Positions 55,000-64,000 of a DNA stretch of 64,000 nt are shown one piece after another; position 1 is the stretch's first letter; each line of letters opens with the position of its first letter. The DNA is from Amphiscolops sp. MND2022. Lineage: Eukaryota. The notes below the pieces were generated by a model. That model saw only the letters and a program-made list of their open reading frames with translations. It searched no databases and had not been told where the DNA came from. Both the position numbers and the translations under genes were made by a program. The stretch spans positions 62,870,001-62,934,000 of the forward strand of contig OZ076409.1 of NCBI GenBank assembly GCA_964187785.1, read 5' to 3'.

Positions 55000-57900
55000 A
55001 TAATCGCGCATCGAAACGATGACAAAAAATCTGCAGACGACACAGGAAAATCCACAGTGCACCTCATGAAGGCTTAGTATTTCGTCATATTTTCATTCAT
55101 TTCGCATCTAGACAAAACCAAGCATGTTTCCTCAATTATTGTTCCTAGAGACAACTGCCAAATATTCGTTCGTTTTTTCAGTTTTCCAAGATTACTCAGA
55201 ACATAGGTATAACAAAATTTTGTCCCTAGTTTTTATTTGTTTTAAAATTTTTACTGAAGATAGTTTTACCAACGTTTTGTGGGGATTATACATACTGGAT
55301 ATTTTTCCTAGATCTTTTTCAAGATTCTCGTGATACAAATTGAAAGTTAGGCTATAAACAGAATTACATTACTTAAAAGCCAGCTTTAAACGCGATGCAG
55401 ATAAACATTTATCTTTTGTCACAATACAAGTATGAAGTTGCTAAAGCCATTCTCTAACCTGATACTCTATCTCTCGCCTCTTGTCTCCTGCACTTGTCAA
55501 AAGCATTGCGAATACTCCTCATCCAAGATAGAAAAAAACAATTCACTCAATTTTATAATTGAATCGGTCGAAGAACACAGATTAGTTTTTTCTAACCTCG
55601 GTCATATTGTTGACGACTAAAATCAGCTTTCGCTCTACATAATCGTTGAAAAGCTGAGTCCAATTCGAGATAGGAATAGGAAGTTGCAACTCTTGGTACA
55701 TATCAACAACCATTCAATCACTTAAGAGCATTTTTACAGAACATATACTGCACCCTGGAAGCTTCCGAAAGTGTTTCCAAGAGTGGAAACGACTAAACAG
55801 ATTTAAAAGAACATCGAAATTTGCGAGTACATTACAATCAAGAACCCAAGTTAATACAACAACCGAAAAAGCCGTTTCTGAACGTTTTTGCGAAGACCAC
55901 AAAGTTTTTAATTATCCGAACAGGGTCGACCAAACATCATGGTTTGTATTTTAGATCTTTGAAGCCTGAACATCAGTTAAACGCTTGTAAAGAATTCGTG
56001 TTGTAACCATTGCGGTTAAACATCAAACCTCACTCCATCGTTACAATGAAGAGAAAATGAAGGCGGCAGAAGAAATCGATTATGTCAACATTGTCTTCAA
56101 ATGCGACAAATGTCAAGTTTTCTTTTACTCAAATCAGTCCTCTAAGTTGTTGGTAGTGGTGTTACAATTTCGTGCCGTGCTCATCGCAATACTGGACATC
56201 AAGCGAATCTCATCACAGAGTCTTGTGCAAAAAAATTGAATCTCAAACAGCATGTTTTGAACGTAAAAGTAGGTGGAACTGACAGAAGTGTGAATTTCTT
56301 AAACCCCTCTCGTGTTCATTGCATTGCTGAAATATTTTAAAATAGCGTTGTTTCGAAATTTTAAGTACTTCCAAGGTTGACTGAATTCATGGAAGGTTGA
56401 TTCGTCAGGGAAATGATTTCGAGCATTGGTACATGGCAGATCTAGAATTTCATGGAGCAGGCCCCTTTGTGTTTGCGGCAGAAATTGTCGAACAGTTCTT
56501 GTTCGAAAGAAAACTTCAAGTGATCAAAGCTTAGAGATTCAACATTCCCCTATCGGATCCCTAAACACATCACGTACCCCAAGCAACACTTCGCAAAAAT
56601 TCCATGTTGAGAATCTTCCTCCACATCTAGAAAACGTTTGAGAATTAGAAGGCAAACCCCAACATAATAAGAAAACAAGAGAAGTTGTTTGTGAGGGACA
56701 CATCATTCAGACTATCCACAAGGATGAGCATGGTCGTTTTGTTGTGAAGTTACCGTTGAAAGAGAACAATTCGAAGTTAGGCGATTCATTATGCAATGCT
56801 GAAAACGATTTCTTAGTCTGAAGAAAAGCTCAACAAAGACAACGGCCTCAAAGCAAATTATTCTGCCTCCATAAACGAATTGATTGAACTAGGTCATTTG
56901 AGAGAAGTGCAAAAACCCAAAACGAGATTTCTTCAAGAAGGTCTTTTTATCTACAGCATCAATGGATTTTGAAAGAAAAGAGTCGGATGATGTAGATTTA
57001 GTTTTCAAAAGTACATACTACAGTGTCGAAATTTTCGGAGCATCATGGTTGCCAAGCGAAAGATGCTTTTCAAATGAAAGTCGAAATTGCGGAAGAAGAT
57101 GGGTAATTGCGAAACCTAGGATACAGTTTCACTTAGTCAAGTCATCGAAAGTTTTCAAACTATTGGTTCAAATTTGAATTTTTTAAGAAACTTTTCTTGT
57201 GATCTTCAGGGAACTCAAAAGGTATCCACAGATAACTTTACCTTTATGTCTTTTGAGATGATTCAGAAAAAGCATAAGCGCCTTGTATTTACATAAGGGC
57301 GATTACTGAGGGACTTTTTCAAAGTCAAACTATTGTAGAAAATCCTCGAGTTAATTCCTTAAAGTGTCTATGCGTACCAAGATTGGACCTTTGTGCATCC
57401 TTACTTGGTGCAACCTTGGTAAGAGCTGTCAAAGAAGCTTTATCAATTTGTTGTTCTCCTGAAATAATCTTCTTCGTCTAGTCAGTTTATCCTTGCTAGC
57501 ACAAGCTCCTGAAACTGGGAAGCAGTTGTCAGAAATAGAGTAAGGAAGATACAAAACATTTTGCCTGCTCCTTGTTGGAAACACAAACCCATCAGGGAAA
57601 TTCCAGCTGATTTGTGCTACCATCAGTCTGATGGGAAACGAAATTGAAAACAAGATTCAAAGTTGGAATGGTTTTTCTTGGTTGGCGATAAACACAGATA
57701 AATGGCCGCTGCTAGGGTTTGCAATTTCTTAAGTTTGCCCCGAAGAAAACTGGAAAATTCAAATTTCTATAACAAAAGTTAAATCAGATCAAAATTTGAT
57801 AGAAATTGCCAAGGTTTTCAGTTTTTTCAAATCTTGTTCGAGACGCAGGTTGGATTTTGAAAATTGTCAAATTTTTGAAAGAAAGAGTATGAAAAGTGGT

Positions 57901-59060
57901 ATCAAAAAACGATTTGGTTTACGCCGAAATATTCCTAATCAGAATTGAAATGAAAGGGTTGCTTGAAGAAGACTTTTCTTCACTTTCTCAAGAAGTACCT
58001 CTCCTTCAAGACATTCTCAACTATTATGGCGTTACCATTAACCTCTTTTTGGGATGCTGATCTTGAAATTTTCAGTTAGTTGCTGAAATATTCAGTCGGT
58101 CAGCTCTACCAGTGTTGAGAAAAATCCGACTTTAGTACCTTGCATCTCTCATTCAGTCTCGCTACTAATTTATTATTACCATTAGAAGAACACTCAATGG
58201 ATGCCGCCAATTGACATGTTTACAATTGAGAGGAAACTTTGGATAATTTGACCAATTGCAAAGGTTAGGCAAGTAGAGGAAAATTGTGTTACTTGTGCAC
58301 TCTTTTTGAACATGTCACCACCAACTCTGGGTCACAGAATCTCAGCCTTTCGCAATAACAGGAAAAGAGTTTACCGTGTCACTAGATGTTAAGATGCACA
58401 AAATTACTAAAATTTACCAGGCTTTTTTTGTTTTTCGACTGAAGCAATTCCCTTAAGAATAGTGTTTTTACTAACAGAATAATGTTTTGTGATTGCTTTC
58501 AAGCGTTTTATCGTCCGCCGTGGTATGCTTTTGTTGTTGCTTGTAAAGTGATTTTGAAGCGAAGCAATGAAGTATCTCAACTTGCAATAGATGGTTTGTT
58601 ACCACCTCAAGCACTTTGTTTCGATGGCCTCTGCGAAGCTGGCTTTAAATAGCTGAAGCGCAATCTCCGCAGGACAATGCAAATTTGCAAACTTCAATTA
58701 GAAAACTTCTTGAACCCTGCTCCATTTCAATAGATGATCCAAATGACATGACTGTTCTAACACCTGCTCACTTTTTGGACTGACCACTCAGTGTTTCTCT
58801 GTTATCGTCACCAAAATCTTTGAAACACAGAAAAGCATTGTGGAAAAACAATTACCCTATTCGGCAGAAAACAGCAGCTAATCTAACTCCAAGCCATTTA
58901 GTTTTCGTAGCTGATGAAAAAACAGTTCTCATAAAATGAGCTTTAGGTCGTGTAATGACAGTTTTTACTGGAAACGACTACGGGGTTCGTGTTGCAGACG
59001 TTAGAACGCAAAAAACCTTTTGTCTAATTAGGGAAATTGCACGCCCAGTTACCATTTGAT
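55000..59060 (+). pseudogene. Heavily decayed BEL/Pao gag-pol with most of the RT deleted
   Basis: Remnants GRFVVKLPLKE...LGDS, ELIELGHL, DDSEKA*APCIYIR, CVTC, AFKRFIVRRG, FDGLCEAG, LTPAHF, LGRV...VRVADVRT; 5' boundary uncertain; no LTR found. Confidence 0.8.
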
Positions 59061-59209
59061 GACAAGTGATCTATTTTTTGACGCTTTCCTTTCATTTCCT
59101 TTATTTGAAGAAGAGACTGCAACGGGAGACATTGAGTATCAAACTGCCGTCTCATTGAACCCTGGCACGAAGCAACCAGCGCTTTACTCCAGCAACGACC
59201 AATTAAGAC

Positions 59210-59321
59210 CGTTTGCCTCTAGCACGCAAAGAAAAACTACTTCCAAAAGGAGTCCTAATTTAGAGCGTTTGCCTCTAGCACGCAAAGAAAAACTACTTCC
59301 AAAAGGAGTCTTAATTTAGAG
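59210..59321. repeat. 56-bp tandem duplication
   Basis: 59210-59265 and 59266-59321, one mismatch. Confidence 0.92.
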
Positions 59322-59399
59322 ACAGTTGAAGGAGCTGCAAAAGGCAAGACACCGAACGCGATACATAGTCAAGCGTTAGCCGAAGCGATAACCACTGCG

Positions 59400-62300
59400 A
59401 TCAAACGAAAGAAACACTAGCGGTAACCAGTAAAAGAAAGCGATAACCACTAGCAGCAAAAGAAACAAAAAATGAACCGACCAAATACCGCGGTACGCAC
59501 GACGGGAAAATAGATGGTTGGCTAATGCTCATGAAACGTTACTTAGAGAAACCACATGCAAAGGATGCTCCATTAGACAGAGCATGGAACATCGTTGAGT
59601 TCCTAGAGAAAGAGGCACGAGACTATATTACGAACAAGTCCGAGGCTGAACGCGACACGGATGAAAAGTCTTCGCGCTACTGGCGCGTCGATTTGGAACG
59701 GGATCTAACAAGATTCAAATACAACAGCAGTTCCGCACGCGCAATCAGTCCATCAATGAAGAATACATTCAATACCTTGACGCACTAAAAGGTTTGCGCA
59801 GCCAAAGTTTTCTTAACGATGAAATGACGGTAACGCGCTACGAGATCATGCAGAGATTCATCGAAGGGGTACGCAGCTTTGAGTTGAAGCGAAATCTCGC
59901 ACTCATGTACGTACAAGAATAGTATGTGGATACACCTTCAACTGTGGAAGCACTACGGTTCACGGTACAACAGTACGTGCGCATACGCGGCCCTGTCCGC
60001 TCCGAGAATTATCCAGCACCCCAGCAGCAGCAACAGCCTGTACTTGCAAACCAACAAAACCCCATACCGGCAGCGGCTCTCTAAGCGCTTAAGCGTTCAG
60101 CAACCTCCACAGCAGCCTGCGGTTTACAAACAGCAACCCAACCGCGGCGAGCATGTTTCAATTGTGGCGATCCGTCACATTTCGTAGCTGACTGCCCTTT
60201 GGAGGACCGAGCACGGAAACCGTTGCAACAAGCAAGTAACTCATGTCGTATGAACACAGCAGGTGATTGGATTTTCCCATCGAATCCTCGTGGCATGAAT
60301 GATGATATAGGGTCCGCAGCTTTACCGGAACAAGGAACAGCGGCATTCTGCGTCAATTGCGGTCGTACAAGCCACGTGGCATCTGAATGCATGGTGCCTG
60401 AGAATGAAGCAACAGAAAAACATGTAAAAGCGGCTTGGTACGCCTCTGTCACGATCTCCGCAAAATTCGCCGATGCCGACGATCAGATACGTGTGATTTC
60501 GACATAGGAAGAGGGAGGCCCCTCGCGTCCTGTGGTCGTGACTTGCGGTCAAAAACAGATCCTAACGACATTGGAAGCCCCAGCACCTAACTGTACTGAA
60601 ACCTAATTTCCATTCACTTACTCTTATCGGCAGGACACAAAGCACGTCCAAACCTCACGATAGCGCACTCAAAAGAGGAACTTTGCCGCAAAACCAATCT
60701 CACGATCGCTTCGAGACCATTACCACACCTCACTAGAAAAGATGAGACCAAGCTAGCCCAGATACAAAAGGTCAAAACAGTTGCGCCAGTTCCCATGGCA
60801 ATCACTGTTGATGGTGTCGACATGAGAATCGATGCGATTGTTGTCCTGGAAGGTCACTTTTCGCAAGGCTTATACTTGGGCAGGCACGAAATGCGCTGCT
60901 ATAATATCGGAGTGCAGGATGCACAAGGAGAGGCCCAGATTGATGAGAGAGCCTCGCTAGTTGTTACATTGGGAACTCCTTTGCAAAAGCTGATACCACT
61001 TTACGGCATGATAGACACTGGTACGGAAGTCTCCACTCTCGCGTTGAGCGCGTACAGGAAAATCACACACCAGTATGAGCTGAGTCTGTCCCCATATGAC
61101 GTTGAACTCTACGTTGAACTCTTTCAGAAGATACACTAACTTCCGTGGGAGAAGATGGTACAATTTTCTTAACCCTGCGAAATCAAACTGATAAAAAGCG
61201 GGTAAGAATCAAGGAACAATTTGTAATTGGAAAGGCAGGGCGCCCCACTTTTGGTTCAAATTCTGTTTCCATGCAAACAATTGTGAAGCTTTGATATGAG
61301 ACATTGATATGAACACTAGTTCAGAATTTAGTTCCTTTGCACAGAACTTTTTGTCTTCAACTGAGCCCTCTGAGGTAGGCCTATCGGAAAATGAAGGACG
61401 CAAAAGGACACATCCACAGTTGCTGAAAACAATCCCAGGCCCTGACATCTCTTCCAACCTTTCCTTTTGGGGGGAAGAGGCGAGAGACAAGCTAGGGACT
61501 ATTTTAAATGAATACGAAGATCTTTTCATGAAAAACAAGTCTGACATAGGCAGGTGTAAAATTGCAAAAGATAGAATAGAGCTAGAGCCGGAGGCTGTAC
61601 CACACCGAGAAGGAGCTGGACGAATGTCCCCTGATAAAGCGGTGAAAGCCAATCCGGAAGTGCAAAACTTACTGGCCCTTGCTCTGATACAACTCTCCTA
61701 CTTGCCCGGGGCCGGATAGTCTTGGTAAAAAAGACATCAGGTGAGCTTCGCTTTTGCTGTGATTTCCGACCGCTAAATGATGTAACAGTGAAGGATGCCC
61801 AAATATATAAGAGCCTCTCCTGAATAGGGAATGCAAAAATCTTCACTAGCATCGAGTTGGCGTGTACAAAAATTTGGCGAATTAAAAAAAGTCAACAGCG
61901 ACATGGAAGCGTTGTCATGGTGTACAATGACGACATAGTTATTGCTACCGAGACCATAGACGATCACTTGGTGAGAATTAGGGAACTGTTCGAGTGTCTC
62001 AGAGAAGCAGGTTTCAAAATGAGAGCTGAGAAATGTCATTTCATGCGCACCGAAACCAAATACCTCGGAAGAGTAGTTTCGGCCGAAGGCATAAAGCCAG
62101 ACCGGCAGCGGTCAGCAAGATCCAAGACTGGATGCCCAAGAGAAGTAAAGAGGAGCTGCAGAGGCTAACTACTACCAACACTTCATTCTCTTTCACGCTG
62201 CTAAGGTACAACCTATGCAGGAACTGTTGAGGAAAAACCAACACTTCTACTGGAACGAGAAGCATCAAGAAGCGTTTGTTCCAGTGGAACAGGCATTAGC

Positions 62301-64000
62301 CGATGCCACAGTTTTGACAGCGCTAAACGCAAGAGGACGTTGTGTTTTGGACACGGATGCCAGTGCAGTTGCAATAGCCGGAATCCAAGAACAGGAAAAC
62401 AATGCTACGGCTATTCTTCCTCCTATCGTTTATGGAAGCAAATCACTGACTCGAACACAACTGATTTATGGCGCCTCGAAATCGGAGATGTATGCAGTGT
62501 TCTAATTCATTGAGAAATACCATTCATACCTTGCATGTCGAGAATTCACGCTGCGTGTGGATAACCAGCCTCTCTTGTGTCTGAAAACATACTCAATGGA
62601 TCAGGCCATCATTGGACGCTGGATTGCGAGCATCGATCAACCACTTCAAGACGGTTCACAGACCACGCACGCAACATTGAAATGCAGACGGTCTCAGCAA
62701 AGGGACCAACAATTTTGTGCATAGGAAAAAAATTGTGGAGACTCTCCCAGAAGTGAGCAAGGGGTTCAGTTTCATGTCCCAAGATGATTATGAAAGTCTC
62801 CCCACCATGCCATACATTGATAAACACGGGTAATTCATTTCGAATCACCCAGAACTGCCAGCAGAAGCTCGAGCACAACTCTGTGTGCTGTACCTCTTGA
62901 AGAAGAAGCGACCAAAAGAGGAACCAATCTCAGATCAGTCTTTGAAATCCATACCATGGTACCCAGAGTAACAATGGGAAACAACTCCGACATCACCCAA
63001 AAATGATAGACCAATATGTATCCTCAGTGTAACCACCAAAGTGCTGACGGCACGTCTTGATACTACCAAACGCGAACCAGTGTTAAGTTTGATTGCCTAC
63101 TCAGTGTCAAGAACAAACTGATGTCCTTAGGCTAGTTGGAACTGAGCTGCACAAGCATCAATCGACAATGCCAGGATTGAAAGGTCTTCATCTATCTCAA
63201 TACAGGGACGTATACCTTCTAGCGCTGAAGAAACTAATGAAGAACGAGCCATTGGATGACATCTTGTTCCCCGAAGACGTGCAAGACTTTGCCAAATGAT
63301 ACTATCATCAAAAGAAAGTCTTACTGTTCCTGAACGCGGACGACATTTTGTGTGTAAATTACATTCCCCAGCAACGCACGAGGCATGGACGACTATGTAT
63401 GATCGTCATGCCCCAGATGTACCAACATCAACTCTTGTATAGAGCGCATGATGAATCAGGACACCAAGGTGTTGGCAAATTGGTGGCGAGAATACAGGAG
63501 CGCCACACTTGGCCAGGCACCAAGCGTGGTGTAGTCAACCACATTAGGCGCTGTTTAACGTGTCAATAGAAAAAACATCCCGCTGGGAATCCCTGCTATC
63601 CGTTGCAAAGCACGAACAGCAGCAATTTCAATGATCTGGTGCAGTTTGATCACTTGAAGATTTGCAAGATCACGTTAAGAAACAACGGACTACTAGTCAT
63701 CATTGACCACTTTACCAAGTTCGCAGAGGCAATTCCATGTGCACATGACAAGTACGATGCTCAGACCACAGCAAAGATCATCCTGAACAAATGATTTGCT
63801 AAACACGGCACTCCCGCTTAAAGGCAGTCTGACAATGCCACAAATTTCCCCGCAGAAATTGCACAAGAACTCATGAAAGCCTCGCAAGTAACCATGGTAA
63901 CGTCTACTTCAGCTCACCCTAGAGGCAATGGTCTAGTTGAACGCCAGAATTGAACATTTCGAAGATTGCTTACATTGCTCCACGTTTACACTTCTCGCAG
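59400..64000 (+). pseudogene. Decayed Ty3/gypsy gag-pol running off the window end
   Basis: Knuckles CFNCGDPSHFVADC and CVNCGRTSHVASEC; protease MIDTG; RT RFCCDFRPLN and YNDDIVI; RNase H DTDAS, NADGLS; integrase AHDESGH..CLTC, IDHFTKF, NGLVERQN in gypsy order; many stops and deletions. Confidence 0.92.

Overview
AT-rich animal genomic DNA. The repeat landscape reminds me of acoel flatworm genomes, but that is unverified. Left half: 15 exons (585-34470, + strand) of a Niemann-Pick C1 (NPC1) gene with consistent GT-AG phases. They run from luminal domain C through the sterol-sensing domain to the stop codon; the 5' part of the gene lies upstream of the window. One intron holds a very recent, intact 9068-bp BEL/Pao LTR retrotransposon (11119-20186; identical 338-bp LTRs, TTGCT target-site duplication, uninterrupted 2134-aa gag-pol). 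This element is the most unusual object here. Each LTR embeds a tRNA-derived A-box/B-box module. Its 1.8-kb leader carries a cassette of small ORFs, including a 202-aa SGNH-hydrolase-like ORF and a 139-codon ATG-to-TAG frame whose only internal stops are eight TGA codons at Trp-like positions, a candidate for UGA recoding or editing. Introns and intergenic DNA contain many non-autonomous DNA transposons (Helentron/HINE-like, piggyBac, hAT, Mutator, CACTA-like). Right half: a decayed Ty1/copia element, a possible multi-exon minus-strand transcript, tandem repeats, and decayed BEL/Pao and Ty3/gypsy elements. All assignments were made by eye, with no database searches.
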